From: an uncultured Gemmatimonadaceae bacterium
GTDB lineage: Bacteria; Gemmatimonadota; Gemmatimonadetes; Gemmatimonadales; Gemmatimonadaceae
Length of the DNA: 64,000 nt
Assembly: GCA_963843845.1 (NCBI GenBank)
Contig: CAWJMB010000002.1
Span: 2,656,001-2,720,000, forward strand
Reading direction: 5' to 3'
Position numbers and translations under genes: made by a program. Of this stretch, positions 35,324 through 48,046 are shown piece by piece. Within the stretch, counting starts at the first letter, position 1; each line of letters starts with the position of its first letter. A model generated the notes under the pieces. It was not told where the DNA came from. It ran no database searches and was given only the letters and a program-made list of their open reading frames with translations.

Positions 35324-35924
35324 CTACTTCGGTTCGTTCGCCGGCGCGCGATCGATCTCGCCCTGATCCAGCGAGCGCATGTCCGAGACCTTCGGCTGCG
35401 ACCCGGTGACGACGCCTTTCGCGACCTCGAACAGCACGAGCGGCATCGGCTTGCTCTGCTTCGAGTAGACGACCGACGTGCGCCTCGATGAGCACGAGCG
35501 CGATGCGCGGATCGTCCGGTCCACCGTCGCGTTCGCCGCCCTCGTCGCCGAGCCAGGCACGCCAGTCCGGCTGGTAGAGATCGTGGATGAGGCTCTTGTC
35601 CTGCGACAGCACGGCGGTGCCGCTCACCGACACCCACTCGCGCGTGCGGTCCTTGTAGAACGCGAGATTGACGCTCGGGTCGGTCGCCAGCTCTTCGAGC
35701 TTGTGCGACGCGACATTCGTCATGAACCACATGTCGGTGCCGCGCGTTCGCCGCTGCACCTGCATCGGCCGCGACACCAGCTGGCCGTCGGCGCGCCGCG
35801 TCGTGAACATGGCGACCTCGATGCCGTCGATGAGCGCGTAGAGGTCGTCGAGCTTCTTCTCGAGTGGGACTTCGTTGTCCCAGTTCTTGTCGGCGGTTCG
35901 GTCTCGCTTCGCTTCGTCGGCCAT
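35324..35924 (-). CDS. Pyridoxamine 5'-phosphate oxidase-like / general stress protein (frameshifted)
   Basis: AMFTT..LVSRPM..WFMT..SHK..WVSVSG..DDPRI. Confidence 0.75.
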
Positions 35925-35994
35925 GCCCCCACCTCCCGATCGGTCGTGCCGCGCGGCCCGCTGTGGCCGGCGGTCGACTCCCCAGCAAGCACGT

Positions 35995-36459
35995 TCAGTG
36001 CCGGTCGAGCGCCGCGAGCACCTCGGCGGCGTGTCCTTTCGCGGAGACCTTCTCGAAGACGTGTGCCACGCGCCCCGCGACGTCGAGGACATACGTCGTG
36101 CGGACGACGCCCATGTAGCGGCATCCGAACAGCCGCTTCTCCTGCCACACGCCGTACGCCTCGGCGACCGCGTGCTCGGTGTCGGAGAGGAGCGTGAAGG
36201 GGAGCGCGAACTTGCGTCTGAACTTCGCGTGCGACGCCACACCGTCCGGGCTGACGCCGAGGACGACGGCGGATCGAGTGGTGAAGCGCGGGAACGCGTC
36301 GCGGAACTCGCACGACTCGGTCGTGCAGGTCGGGGTGTCGTCTTTCGGATAGAAGTAGAGCACGACGGGCCGGCCACGGAGCGCGCTCAGCGTGAGCGGC
36401 TCACCACCGTCGGTGAGCAGCGTGAAGTCGGGCGCGAGCGTACCGGTGGCGAGTGGCAT
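35995..36459 (-). CDS. bcp: Thioredoxin-dependent peroxiredoxin BCP
   Basis: LYFYPKDDTPTCTTESC. Confidence 0.9.
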   Translation of the reverse strand: MPLATGTLAPDFTLLTDGGEPLTLSALRGRPVVLYFYPKDDTPTCTTESCEFRDAFPRFTTRSAVVLGVSPDGVASHAKFRRKFALPFTLLSDTEHAVAEAYGVWQEKRLFGCRYMGVVRTTYVLDVAGRVAHVFEKVSAKGHAAEVLAALDRH

Positions 36460-36466
36460 GGCGAGG

Positions 36467-37397
<931 letters not shown>

Positions 37398-37566
37398 ATG
37401 CGGGTCGCGAACGGGCCGGATGGGCGGCGCGGGAAAGGGGCGCAATCTAGGGAGGGTGCAAACGCTTCGCCGGGGATCGGTTGTCAGACAGGTGCCAGCG
37501 TGGCGACCGTCACGCCTGGCGTGCTGCGCGCCATGCCGCGCGCGAGACTTCGTCCGGGGGTTCGTG

Positions 37567-38436
37567 ATGCGCCGTATTCCGTTGCTCGTGGCAGGCATGG
37601 TCGCCGGTGTGCTCCCGCTCACAGCGGTCGCACAGAGCGGCTCACGGGTCGAGATCCGCACCCGCGGCGATGGCACCGTCATCTGCTCGCGCGACGGCCG
37701 GACGATCGACTGCGCCACAGTGCGCAAGGACAGCGAACGCGCTCGAACGCTGGCCGAGCGCCGCGCGGCCGACGCGCGCGCGCGGGCGGAGGCAGCGCGG
37801 CGCCGGACCGACGAGGCGCGCGACCGACTCCGCGAGCGGATCCGCGACATTCCGCGGCGCCGGGTGCGCGACGACACGCGTCCCCGGATCGGGATCGGCG
37901 GCGGCGCCGACGTGCGTCGCTTCGACTCGGTCGATCGTTATTCGGGGCAGCTCGGCGTCGACTTCCGCGGGCGGTCGGGGATCGGCATCCGCCCGGAGGT
38001 CGTCTACGCGTGGACCGACCGCCAGCGCGCGTCGGCACCGAGCGTGAGCTGCGAGACGTGCCTCGCGCTGTTCGCGCCGTACGAGTACCGCTCGCGGAGC
38101 AAGCTGCTGGGCGCGAACCTGAACGCGACGTACGCGTTCCTGCGTGGCTCGCCGATCCGGCCGTATGCGCTGGGCGGCATCGGGGTGCTCGTGACGCAGG
38201 AGGTCGCTCCGGTCCTCACCTCCAGTGCGCCGCTGTCCGGGCTGCCGGGGACGGCGTTCACGTATCGCACCGAGGGGCGCAACCGGACGGACATCGGGCT
38301 GAACGCCGGCGCCGGCCTGGAGTTCGGGCGCGGGCCGGTGCGGCTGTTCACCGAGATGCGGTACTACCTGCTCGACCGCGCGTCGACGCGCGGGTTCTCG
38401 GGGATGCTGCCGATCACGGCGGGGCTGCGGTTCTGA
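37567..38436 (+). CDS. Outer-membrane beta-barrel protein with N-terminal helical segment
   Basis: Signal peptide; [20 protein letters not shown]-terminal ITAGLRF. Confidence 0.7.
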   Translation: MRRIPLLVAGMVAGVLPLTAVAQSGSRVEIRTRGDGTVICSRDGRTIDCATVRKDSERARTLAERRAADARARAEAARRRTDEARDRLRERIRDIPRRRVRDDTRPRIGIGGGADVRRFDSVDRYSGQLGVDFRGRSGIGIRPEVVYAWTDRQRASAPSVSCETCLALFAPYEYRSRSKLLGANLNATYAFLRGSPIRPYALGGIGVLVTQEVAPVLTSSAPLSGLPGTAFTYRTEGRNRTDIGLNAGAGLEFGRGPVRLFTEMRYYLLDRASTRGFSGMLPITAGLRF

Positions 38437-38448
38437 CTCGCCGCGCCG

Positions 38449-39889
38449 TCAGAGGATGTACTTCCGCAGGTCCTCGTCTTCCGAGATCTCCTTGAGTCGG
38501 TCGCGGACCATCGCCGCGTCCACGACGATCTCGGCGCGGCCGCGGTCGGGAAGCTCGTAGAGGACGTCTTCGAGCAGGGTCGTCATGACGGTGTGCAGGC
38601 GGCGGGCACCGATGTTCTCCATGCGCTCGTTGACGCGGGCGGCGGTGCGCGCGATCTCCTGCACGCCGCCCTCCTCGAAGCGGAGCGACGCGCCGTCGGC
38701 GGCGACGAGCGCGGCGTACTGTTTCGTGAGCGCGTTCTCCGGCTCGGTCATGATCCGGATGAAGTCGTCTTCCGTGAGCGGCTTCAGCTCGACGCGGATC
38801 GGGAAGCGTCCCTGGAGCTCGGGAATCAGGTCGCTCGGCTTCGCGACGTGGAACGCCCCGGCGGCGACGAACAGGATGTGGTCGGTCTTCACGAGCCCGT
38901 AGCGGGTCGGGACGTTCGAGCCCTCGACGATCGGCAGCAGGTCGCGCTGCACGCCTTCGCGCGAGATGTCGGGGCCGCCCAGGTGGTCGCCGCGCCGGCT
39001 CGCGATCTTGTCGATCTCGTCGAGGAAGACGATGCCTAACGATTCGACGCGGTCGAGGGCGTCGGTCGTCACGTCGTCGGCGTCGACGAGCTTCTCGAGC
39101 TCCTCGTCGAGCAGGATGCGGCGCGCCTCGGGGACTTTGACGCGGCGCGTCTTCTTGCGCTTCGGCATCATCTCGCGGAACCACTCGGAGAACGCGTCGG
39201 CACCGTCGGGCGCGCCGGGACTCGCGGCGACGTCGAACGACGGAGCGCGCTGCTCGACTTCGACGTCGACCTCGCGCTCGTCGAGTCCGCCGTCGAGGAG
39301 GAGCTGCTTGAGCTTCTCGCGCGTGCGTCGGAGGCGCTCGCGCTCGGATTCGGCCTCGTCGGTCTCGTCGGTCTCGCTCGGTGGCTCGCTCGGGGGCTCG
39401 GTGGGCGCATGGCCGAGTGGCGCGCTCGGAGCGGCGGACGCGGGCAGGAGCAGGTCGAGCAACCGTTCGTCGACGCGCTCGTTCGCGAGGTCTTCGAGCT
39501 CGCCCTCGCGCTCCGTGCGCACCATGTCGATCGCGCTCTCGACGAGGTCGCGGACCATCGACTCGACGTCGCGACCGACGTAGCCGACTTCGGTGAACTT
39601 CGACGCCTCGACCTTGATGAACGGCGCGCCCGGAGAGCTTCGCGAGGCGGCGAGCGATCTCGGTCTTGCCGCTCCCGGTCGGGCCGATGAGGACGATGTT
39701 GTTCGACGAGATCTCGTCGCGCAGCGCCTCAGGCGCGCGCTGGCGGCGCCAGCGGTTCCGGAGCGCGATCGCGACGGCCTTCTTCGCCTCCTCCTGTCCG
39801 ACGATGTAGCGATCGAGCTCGGCGACGATCAGTCGCGGCGTGAGGTCGGCGAGGCGGGCGAGCGCCTGCTGCGTGCGCTGGGACGGCAT
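38449..39889 (-). CDS. hslU: ATP-dependent protease ATPase subunit (frameshifted near 39635)
   Basis: [37 protein letters not shown]. Confidence 0.95.
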
Positions 39890-39930
39890 GTCTGAACGGG
39901 TCTCGTCTGGTCGTGCGAGCTGCCTAACGA

Positions 39931-40476
39931 TTACGCCGTCGGCTCGAGAACGGTGATGTTCGTGTTCGTGAACACGCAGATCTCGCCGGCGATCTCGAGC
40001 GAGCGGCGCACGACGTCGCGTGGCGCGAGGTCGGTGTTCGCGGCGAGGGCGCGTGCGGCCGCGAGCGCGTACGCTCCGCCGGACCCGATCGCGAGGATGC
40101 CGTCGTCCGGCTCGATCAGCTCGCCGTCGCCGGAGATCACGAAGCCATGCTCGCGATCGGCGACGGCGAGCAGCGCCTCGAGCCGGCGCAGCACGCGATC
40201 GCTGCGCCAGTCCTTCGCGAGCTCCACCGCCGCGCGCGGCACGTTGCCCGGGTAGCGCTCGAGCTTCTCCTCGAACTTCTCGAACAGCGTGAGGGCGTCG
40301 GCGGCGGAGCCGGCGAACCCCGCGAGCAGGCGTCCGCCGCGCAGGAGCCGCACCTTCTGCGCGTTCGACTTCATCACCGTGTCACCGACCGTGACCTGAC
40401 CGTCGCCGCCTAACGCGACCGCGTCGCCGCGGCGAACGGCGAGGATGGTCGTGGCGCGCATGCGAGGAAGAGGCAT
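39931..40476 (-). CDS. hslV: ATP-dependent protease peptidase subunit
   Basis: [25 protein letters not shown]. Confidence 0.95.
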   Translation of the reverse strand: MPLPRMRATTILAVRRGDAVALGGDGQVTVGDTVMKSNAQKVRLLRGGRLLAGFAGSAADALTLFEKFEEKLERYPGNVPRAAVELAKDWRSDRVLRRLEALLAVADREHGFVISGDGELIEPDDGILAIGSGGAYALAAARALAANTDLAPRDVVRRSLEIAGEICVFTNTNITVLEPTA

Positions 40477-40633
40477 GAGACAAAGCTAGCGCAGGAGGCA
40501 CGGCGCCGAGCGCCGCCCCCGCTACGGACTCTTCGGCTCGCGGCGCTCGGCCGTGGGCGCGCGGCTCTGCTCGGCGGATCGCCCGCGGCGCGCGGCACCG
40601 CGGAACGTCAAGACCTCCCGCAGGTAGGTGCGG

Positions 40634-40906
40634 TTACGCCACGCGCCGATACGCGAAGCAGGCGACGCCGAGCAGCACGGCGACGTTGCTCCACGCCCAC
40701 CGGTCGCGCCCCGCGAGCGCGGCGCCGAGGGCGATCCAGCCGGCGCCGATCCACCCCTCGCCCTGTCGATCGCGTTCGGCGCGCGCGCGGCGGCGACGTT
40801 CCTCGACGCGCGGCGCAGAGTCGGCGAGACGCGCGTCGGCGATCAGCGCGGCGCCGACGAGGGCCACGAGAGCACCGAGGATGAGTGGAAGGATCTCGAG
40901 TCGCAC
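40634..40906 (-). CDS. Small hypothetical membrane protein
   Basis: Three hydrophobic segments. Confidence 0.45.
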   Translation of the reverse strand: MRLEILPLILGALVALVGAALIADARLADSAPRVEERRRRARAERDRQGEGWIGAGWIALGAALAGRDRWAWSNVAVLLGVACFAYRRVA

Positions 40907-40960
40907 GGCGCCGCGGAGTGCAAGAATCGGGGCGCCGAGCGACTCGGCGAACGCCGGACA

Positions 40961-42603
40961 CTACTCGCGGCGCGCCGCGACGATCGAGGGGGCCCGCCAG
41001 TACGCGGCGTCGCTCAGGTTCCACACGTTGTCGGCGGCACGCACCGCGACGGCGTCGACGCGCGCCGCGCTGCCCTGCCCCGCCGCGCCGACGGTCACCG
41101 TCAGCGAATCGGCGGTCGCGAGGATCGGCCCCGCCCACGTGCCGGCGACGCGCGGCTGCACGACCCACCAGCGGGCGGCCTCACCGGCCCCGGGGGTGAT
41201 CCGGACCTGCCACACGCGGGTCGTCGACGTGCCCGTGCCCTCGACGACGACGACGGTCGGGGCGTTCGGCGGCGCGGCGTCGAGCCACGGCGTCGCCGGC
41301 GGGACGGCGGGAGTCGTGTAGACGCTCGCGGTGAGCGCGCGCGACACTTCGCTGCCGCGCGCGAACAGCGACGTCGTGTTGTACATGATGTTTCCCGTCG
41401 CGCCGGCGGCGCGCGTCGCCGTGACCTGGTTCGGGATCTCGGACGCGCCGAACGCGCTCGACGTCCCGTCGCTCACGCGATACGACGCGTTGCCCGGCCA
41501 GAGGTGCCGGCGCGCCGTGTTCTGCAGCCCCCACCACGTGAGGAGCGACGTGTAGTTCTGCCGCGGTCGAGGCGAGCGACCAGTAGAGCTGCGGCGCGAA
41601 GTAGTCGACCCAGCCGCTGTTCAGCCACAGCTTCGAGTCGGCGTAGATCTCGGTGTACGCGTCGAGACCGGTGATGCCGGCGGGGTTGCCGGGGCGCCAG
41701 ATCCCGAACGGGCTGATGCCGACGCGCACCCACGGCTTCACGCCGTGCACCTCGCGGTACAACCGCTCGACGAAGCGATTCACGTTGTCGCGGCGCCAGT
41801 CGGCACGCGCGAGTCGGCGCGGGTTGTACGCCGCGTACGTCGCGCTGTCGGGGAAGTCGATGATCGCGCCGGCGGCGTTGCGCTCGAGGTACGGGTAGAA
41901 GTAGTCGTCGAGGTGCACCGCGTCGATGTCGTAGCGGCGCACGACGTCGAGAATGACCTGCATCGCCCGATCCTGCACGGCGGGGTCGCCCGGATCCATC
42001 CACAGCTGCGTGCCGTAGAGCCGCGTGAGATCGCGCCGCTCGTTCCAGACGTGCGTGGCGGCGAATCGCGAGGTGTCGCCGACGTTGCCCGCGCGGTACG
42101 GGTTGAACCACGCGTGCAGCTCGAGTCCGCGCGCGTGCGCCTCAGCGCACCGCGAAGGCGAGCGGGTCGTATCCGGGGTCACGCCCCTGCGTCCCGGTCA
42201 GGTACCGCGACCAGGGCTCGTAGGGCGACGCGTAGAGGGCGTCGGCGGCGGGGCGGATGTGGAAGACGACCGCGTTCAGGTTCGTCGCCACGTAGCCGTT
42301 CAGCAGCGTGCGCAGCTCGCCCTGCTGCTGGTCGGCGGTCAGCGTCGTGCGCGACGGCCAGTCGATGTTGGCGACCGTCGCGATCCAGCCGCCACGGAAC
42401 TCGCGCCGCGGCGTGGGCGCCGTGTCGGCCGCGGACGGCACCGCCGGCGGCGTCGGGGTGGTCGGGGTCGTGGGGACGGTCGGCGTCGCCGGGTTGGCGG
42501 GCGCGGGCGACGTCGGGTCGCTGCTGCACGCCGCGACGAGGAGCAACGCGCTCAGGACGACGGAGGGCGTGCGGCGGGGCGGACGGCCCAGCGTGATCGG
42601 CAT
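40961..42603 (-). CDS. GH10-like (YddW/DigH-type) glycoside hydrolase lipoprotein (frameshifted)
   Basis: Lipobox LVAAC; EFRGGWIATVANIDWPS, HAWFNPYRA, HLDDYFYPY, GISPFGIW, PQLYW. Confidence 0.85.
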
Positions 42604-42619
42604 CGTGTTGGGCTTGCTG

Positions 42620-43570
42620 TCAGGCACGTGGGTGGGCCTTCCGGTAGATCTGTTTCAGCCGCTCGACGCTCGTGTGCGTGTAGATCTGCGTCGTCGAGAC
42701 CGAGGCGTGGCCGAGGAGCTCCTGCACGGCGCGGAGGTCGGCGCCGGCGTCGAGCAGGTGGGTCGCGAACGTGTGCCGCATCGAGTGCGTCGACAGCCCG
42801 CTCTCCTCGTCGATCAATCGCAGCGTCCCGACGACCGCGTTCTGCATGGCGCGGACGCCGAGTCGCCGACCGCGCTCGGAGAGAAAGAATGCGAGCCGAT
42901 CGGCCCGTCCGTTCCCGCTCGCGGCGAGCTGTCGCGCGAGGTCGTCGCGGCGCGCCTCGTAGGTGCGAAGGGCGCGCACCGCGTGGTCGCCGATCGGCAC
43001 GATGCGCTCCTTGCGCCCCTTGCCGCGCACCTTGAGCTGCTGCGTCACGAGGTCGAGGTCCGCGCGGTTCACGCCGTGCACTTCCGAGACGCGCAATCCG
43101 GCCGAGTAGAGCAGCTCGAGCAGGGCGAGGTTCCGGACGTCCACGAACCGGCCCGACGTGGCGCGCGTCTCCGCGACGCGAAAGAGCGCCTCGACCTGCA
43201 CGCGGTCGAGGTAGGCCGGGAGATAGCGGTCCAGCTTGGGCGACCCGACGGCGCGCGCCGGGTTCGCGTCGACGATCTCCTCGCGGCTCAGGAAGCGGAA
43301 GAAGCTGCGGACGGCCGAGAGCGAGCGCGCGCTCGACCGCTTCGCGAGCCCACGTCGTGAGAGGTGGGCGAGAAAGCCGCGGATCGCGAGGCGGTCGACC
43401 GTCTGCCAGCTCCACGTGCGGTTGCCGTAGAAGGTCGCGAGGAACGTGGTGAGGGCGCGCAGATCGCGCTCGTACGCGGTCAGCGTGTTCGGCGAGACGT
43501 CGCGCTCTCTCGCCAGGTGCTCGATGAAGTCGGCGACTTCCGGCGCGAGCGGGGCGTCCGACTCGCTCAC
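42620..43570 (-). CDS. xerC: Tyrosine recombinase XerC
   Basis: LYSAGLRVSE, GKGRKER, HSMRHTFATH, LLGH..TQIY; trmFO-xerC order with hslVU nearby. Confidence 0.9.
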   Translation of the reverse strand: MSESDAPLAPEVADFIEHLARERDVSPNTLTAYERDLRALTTFLATFYGNRTWSWQTVDRLAIRGFLAHLSRRGLAKRSSARSLSAVRSFFRFLSREEIVDANPARAVGSPKLDRYLPAYLDRVQVEALFRVAETRATSGRFVDVRNLALLELLYSAGLRVSEVHGVNRADLDLVTQQLKVRGKGRKERIVPIGDHAVRALRTYEARRDDLARQLAASGNGRADRLAFFLSERGRRLGVRAMQNAVVGTLRLIDEESGLSTHSMRHTFATHLLDAGADLRAVQELLGHASVSTTQIYTHTSVERLKQIYRKAHPRA

Positions 43571-44904
43571 GCGAGCGCCGGCGCGAGGTCGTGCGCGTCG
43601 CGCCATGCGGCGAGGTCGTGCAGCGCGCGCACGGCGATCGCGTCGCGCCGAGCGCGCTTGTCCTTCACCGGCGGCGAGATCTCGTCGACGAGGCCGAAGT
43701 TCGCGTTCATCGGCTGGAAGTGCCGCGGGTCCGCATCGCGCAGGTAGCGGTAGAGCGCGCCGAGCATCGTGGTCGTCGGGGGGAGCAGCGGCTCGTCGCC
43801 TGCGAGGATGCGGTCGAGGTTGATGCCGGCGAGGAGCCCCGTGGCGGTGCTCTCGGTGTACCCCTCGACGCCGGTGAGCTGGCCGGCAACGAGCGTCGCC
43901 GGCGCGTGGCGGAGCGCGAGGTGCGGCGCGAGCGCGGCCGGCGCGTTGACGTACGCGTTGCGATGGATCGAGCCCCAGCGCAGGAACTCGGCGTTCGCGA
44001 GTCCGGGGACCATCCGGAGCACGCGCTGCTGCTCGCCGGTGCGCATGCGCGTCTGGAAGCCGACGAGGTTCCACATGCGGCCGCCGGCGTCCTCCATCCG
44101 GAGCTGCGCGACGGCCCAGGGGCGGCGGCCGGTACGCGGGTCGCGCAGGCCGATCGGCTTCATGGGCCCGAAGCGGAGCGTCTCGCGTCCGCGCTTCGCC
44201 ATCTCCTCGATGGGCATGCACCCTTCGAAGTACGGGATCGGGTCGAACGCCTGCCCCGCGTACTGGTCGGCGGCGATCAGCGCGTCGAGGAACGCCTCGT
44301 ACTCGTCGCGCGTGAACGGGCAGTTGAAGTAGGCGCCTAACGGATCGGCGCTGTCGGACGTCTCCTTGTCCCAGCGCGCGGCGCGGAACGCGACGCTCGT
44401 GTCGATCGAGTCGCCGGCGACGATCGGCGCGATCGCGTCGTAGAACGCGAGCGCGTCGACGCCGAGCGCGCGCTGGAGCGACGCGGCGAGCGCGTCGGAG
44501 GTGAGCGGCCCGGTCGCGACGATCCCGGGGGCCGGCGGCTCGGTCACCTCGCCCGTCTGGACGCGGACGTTGGGGTGCGCGTGGACGCGCGCGTGCACGG
44601 CGCGCGCGAAGGCGTCGCGGTCGACGGCGAGCGCGCTGCCGCCGGGGACGCGCGCCTCGTCGGCGCAGGTCAGGATCATCGAGCCGAGCGCGCGCATCTC
44701 GGCCTTCAGCAGGCCGTGCGCGTTCGAGGTCTCGGTGCTCTTGAACGTGTTCGAGCAGACGAGCTCCGCGAGCCACGCGGTCTTGTGCGCGGGGGTCGTG
44801 CGCGCGGGGCGCATCTCGTGCAGCACGACGCGGTGGCCGCGCTCGGCGAGCTGCCAGGCGGCCTCGCACCCGGCGAGGCCGCCGCCGACGACGTGAATCT
44901 CCAT
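43567..44904 (-). CDS. trmFO: tRNA (uracil-54) methyltransferase, folate/FAD-dependent
   Basis: GGGLAGCEAA, ELVCSN, FGPMKPIGL, GQLTGVEGY, FQPMNANFG. Confidence 0.95.
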   Translation of the reverse strand: MEIHVVGGGLAGCEAAWQLAERGHRVVLHEMRPARTTPAHKTAWLAELVCSNTFKSTETSNAHGLLKAEMRALGSMILTCADEARVPGGSALAVDRDAFARAVHARVHAHPNVRVQTGEVTEPPAPGIVATGPLTSDALAASLQRALGVDALAFYDAIAPIVAGDSIDTSVAFRAARWDKETSDSADPLGAYFNCPFTRDEYEAFLDALIAADQYAGQAFDPIPYFEGCMPIEEMAKRGRETLRFGPMKPIGLRDPRTGRRPWAVAQLRMEDAGGRMWNLVGFQTRMRTGEQQRVLRMVPGLANAEFLRWGSIHRNAYVNAPAALAPHLALRHAPATLVAGQLTGVEGYTESTATGLLAGINLDRILAGDEPLLPPTTTMLGALYRYLRDADPRHFQPMNANFGLVDEISPPVKDKRARRDAIAVRALHDLAAWRDAHDLAPALA

Positions 44905-44930
44905 ACCCGAATCTACTTCCTCGCGCGGAC

Positions 44931-45467
44931 TCACTTCGTCGAGAGTGGCGCGGCGGCCGTCGGCCACGTCGTCGTAGGCACCTTCCAGCGTCCGTCGACC
45001 TTCTTCCACGTCGTGACGTAGTTGCCGCGCGTCCGTGACTCGCTTGCCCGTTCGCGTCGGTCCACGACGACTGCGTAGCGTCCCGTCGCTCGCGGCGAGG
45101 TCGCCGCGACGCGCGACGGTGATGGTCCCGATGTCGAACGTGGACTTGGATCCGTTGCCGGCGCTTCGAGACGGCGCGCTGTAGAGCCGCGGAGACGGCG
45201 CCCGGGCCGCGGCCGGCCGGCGCGTTCGACGGAGTAGGTCGTCACCGTCGTCCGCGAAGAGCGCCCCGATCGGCGGCGCTATCGCGGCGCGCGACGCGCG
45301 TCCTGCCAGCGCTTGTTGATCGCGCGGATCGAGTCCTCGTCGGCCTTCACGTTCGCGGCGGGCGCCGAGACCGCGGCGGCCGCGGTCGACGAGTCGACGG
45401 TCTCGCGCGCGCCCGGCGCGCAGGCCGCGACGAGGGCGAGGGCGAGCAGAGACGGGCGGGTGCGCAT
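44931..45467 (-). CDS. NTF2/DUF4440-like lipoprotein (heavily frameshifted)
   Basis: Lipobox LVAAC; DEDSIRAINKRW; RGDLA; GNYVTTWKKVDGRWK. Confidence 0.6.
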
Positions 45468-45531
45468 AGCGATCCTCTCGCGTGTCGTGTGCGACGGTGC
45501 GGCGGTGAGCGGCCGAATGTGCCCCGCGACG

Positions 45532-45559
45532 AAACGGGCCACCATCCCTGGCGGCCCGT
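45532..45559 (-). terminator. Intrinsic terminator after topA
   Basis: ACGGGCCGCCA-GGGA-TGGTGGCCCGT followed by TT on the minus strand. Confidence 0.55.
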
Positions 45560-45613
45560 CTCACCGTCGGCCTGACAGCCCGGTCCCTCGATCCGCCCGG
45601 GACGACGGTCGCG

Positions 45614-48043
45614 TCACACGGCGACCGGCTCCTCCGCCTCCTCGGGCGTCTGCACGTCCCACTCGTTCGCGCACTTGAGGCAGCGCCGGTACGCGCCGCG
45701 CGTCTTGTTCGACTTCGCCTCGGCGCCGACGTTGCCGCACTCGGGGCAGACCTCCGCCACCGGCTTGTCCCAGACGACGAAGTCGCAGCTCGGGTAGTTC
45801 TCGCAGCCGTAGAACACCTTGCCGCGCGCCTTCGAGCGGCGCTCGGCGATGTCGCCGCCGTCTTTCGGGCACTTCACGCCCGTGGGAACCGATCTCGTGC
45901 CGCGGCACTTCGGGAAGCGGCTGCATCCGAGGAAGTCGCCGGAGCGGCCCTGGCGAAGGAGCATCGGCGCCCCGCACTCCTGACAGAGGTAGTCGGTGAC
46001 GACCGCCTCTTTCTTGTCGCCTCGGATCGGGCGCGTGTGCTTGCAGTGCTTCGGGTGGTTCTCGCAGGCGACGAACGGGCCGAAGAAGCCGCCCTTCGCG
46101 ACGAGCTTGCCGCCGCAGTCGGGGCAGCGCTCGTTCTCGAACACCGAGAGATCGTGCGCCTCGGCGATGAGCTGGTCGAGGTCGTTGTCGTTGAGCGTCG
46201 CGGAGAACGGCGTGTAGAACTCGTCGAGCACGTGCTGCCACGTGACGGCGCCGTCCTCGACGCGGTCGAGCTCCTCTTCCATGTTCGCCGTGAACGCGAC
46301 GTTGAACACGTCGGGGAACTTCTTCACCATCACCTTCTCGACCGTCTCGCCGAGCGGCGTCGGGAAGAAGCGGCGCTGCTCGAGGAGCACGTAGCGGCGG
46401 TCGGCGAGCACCGAGATGATGCTCGCGTACGTCGACGGCCGGCCGATGCCGAGCCGCTCGAGCTCCTTGACGAGGCTCGCTTCGGAGAAGCGCGGCGGGG
46501 GCTGCGTGAAGTGCTGCGCGGGGACGATCGCCTTCACGGGCACCTGCTCGCGAAGTTCGAGCGCCGGGAGCTCCTGCTCGTCCTCGAGCGCCTTCGCCTC
46601 GCCTTCCTCGCGCGTCTCCTTGTAGAGCGCGAGGAAGCCCTGGAACTTCACGACGCTGCCGGTCGAGCGGAACAGGTAGCGGTTCGGCGCGCCGTCGAGA
46701 TCGAAGTCGATCGTCGTCGTGTCGAAGACGGCCGGGGCCATCTGCGAGGCCATGAAGCGCTGCCAGATGAGCTGGTAGAGCTTGAACTGATCCTCCTTCA
46801 GATACCGCTGCACCTGGTCCGGACGGCGGCGGGGGTCGGCCGGACGAACACCTTCGTGCGCGTCCTGCGCGTTCTTCGCCTTGTTGCTCTCGTAGAGCTG
46901 CGGTGCGCTCGCGAGGAAGTCGGCGCCGAACAGCGTGTGCAGATAGTCGCGCGCCTCGAGCGCCGCGCTCTCGGCGACGCGCGTCGAGTCGGTCCGCATG
47001 TAGGTGATGAGGCCGACCGCACCTTCCTCCTTGCCCAGCTCGATCCCCTCGTAGAGATCTTGCGCGAGCCGCATCGTGCGCTTCGAGCCGAAGCCGAGCT
47101 TCTTCGCGGCTTCCTGCTGCAGGGTGCTCGTCGTGAACGGCGCCGACGGGTTCTTCCGGCGCTCGCGCCGCTTGACGTCGGTGACCGGGAACACGCGGCG
47201 ACCCTCGAGGTCGGCCAGGATCCGCTGCGCCGCCGCCTCGTTCCCGATCTCCGCCTTCTTGCCGTCGATCTGGTGCAGCTTCGCGCCGAACGTCTGCCCG
47301 GCCTTCTCGAGCGTGGCGCCGATCGACCAGTACTCGACCGGCGTGAAGGCGCGAATGTCGCGCTCGCGCTCGACGATGAGTCGCAGCGCGACGGTCTGCA
47401 CGCGACCCGCCGACAGCCCCTTCTTCACGGTCTTCCAGAGAATGGGGCTCGCCTTGTAGCCGACGAGCCGGTCGAGCACGCGCCGCGCCTGCTGCGCCTC
47501 GACTTTCTTCTCGTTGATCTGCGTCGCGTTCGCCATCGCGCGCTGCACGCCGTCTTTCGTGATCTCGTGAAAGAGCACGCGGCGGATCGGCGCGCCGTCC
47601 TTCCGCTTGATGACGGACACGACGTGCGCCCCGATCGCCTCGCCTTCGCGATCGGGGTCGGTCGCGATGAACACCTCGCGCGCGTCTTTCGCGTTCTTCT
47701 TCAACTCCGCGATGACGAGCTCCTTCCCGGGGATCGGCACGAGCTCGTGTCTGAACCCCCTGTCGACGTCGATCCCGAGCTTCTTCTCCGGCAGGTCGAG
47801 GACGTGCCCGACCGTCGCGCGCACCTTGTAGCCGCGGCCGAGGTACTTGCCGATCGTCTTCGCCTTCGCCGGGGACTCGACGATGACGAGCGCGGTGCCG
47901 CCCGGCTCGCTCGATTCGTCCTCGAGCGCTTCGGCGGCGCGCGCCGCGGCGGACCGTGTGGCCGCGGTCTTCTTCGTCGCGGTCTTCTTCGGCGCGACTT
48001 TCTTCGGCGCCGTTCGCGCGGAGGCTGTTTTCTTCGTTGGCAT
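45614..48043 (-). CDS. topA: DNA topoisomerase I
   Basis: VESPAKAK, DPDREGE, SAGRVQ, ITYMRTD, C-terminal zinc ribbons. Confidence 0.97.
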   Translation of the reverse strand: MPTKKTASARTAPKKVAPKKTATKKTAATRSAAARAAEALEDESSEPGGTALVIVESPAKAKTIGKYLGRGYKVRATVGHVLDLPEKKLGIDVDRGFRHELVPIPGKELVIAELKKNAKDAREVFIATDPDREGEAIGAHVVSVIKRKDGAPIRRVLFHEITKDGVQRAMANATQINEKKVEAQQARRVLDRLVGYKASPILWKTVKKGLSAGRVQTVALRLIVERERDIRAFTPVEYWSIGATLEKAGQTFGAKLHQIDGKKAEIGNEAAAQRILADLEGRRVFPVTDVKRRERRKNPSAPFTTSTLQQEAAKKLGFGSKRTMRLAQDLYEGIELGKEEGAVGLITYMRTDSTRVAESAALEARDYLHTLFGADFLASAPQLYESNKAKNAQDAHEGVRPADPRRRPDQVQRYLKEDQFKLYQLIWQRFMASQMAPAVFDTTTIDFDLDGAPNRYLFRSTGSVVKFQGFLALYKETREEGEAKALEDEQELPALELREQVPVKAIVPAQHFTQPPPRFSEASLVKELERLGIGRPSTYASIISVLADRRYVLLEQRRFFPTPLGETVEKVMVKKFPDVFNVAFTANMEEELDRVEDGAVTWQHVLDEFYTPFSATLNDNDLDQLIAEAHDLSVFENERCPDCGGKLVAKGGFFGPFVACENHPKHCKHTRPIRGDKKEAVVTDYLCQECGAPMLLRQGRSGDFLGCSRFPKCRGTRSVPTGVKCPKDGGDIAERRSKARGKVFYGCENYPSCDFVVWDKPVAEVCPECGNVGAEAKSNKTRGAYRRCLKCANEWDVQTPEEAEEPVAV

Positions 48044-48046
48044 GCG

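Noticed and set aside
42620..43570. Tyrosine recombinase as a phage or ICE integrase
   Set aside because: It lies in the housekeeping topA-trmFO-xerC-hslVU context with no att sites or mobile genes visible.
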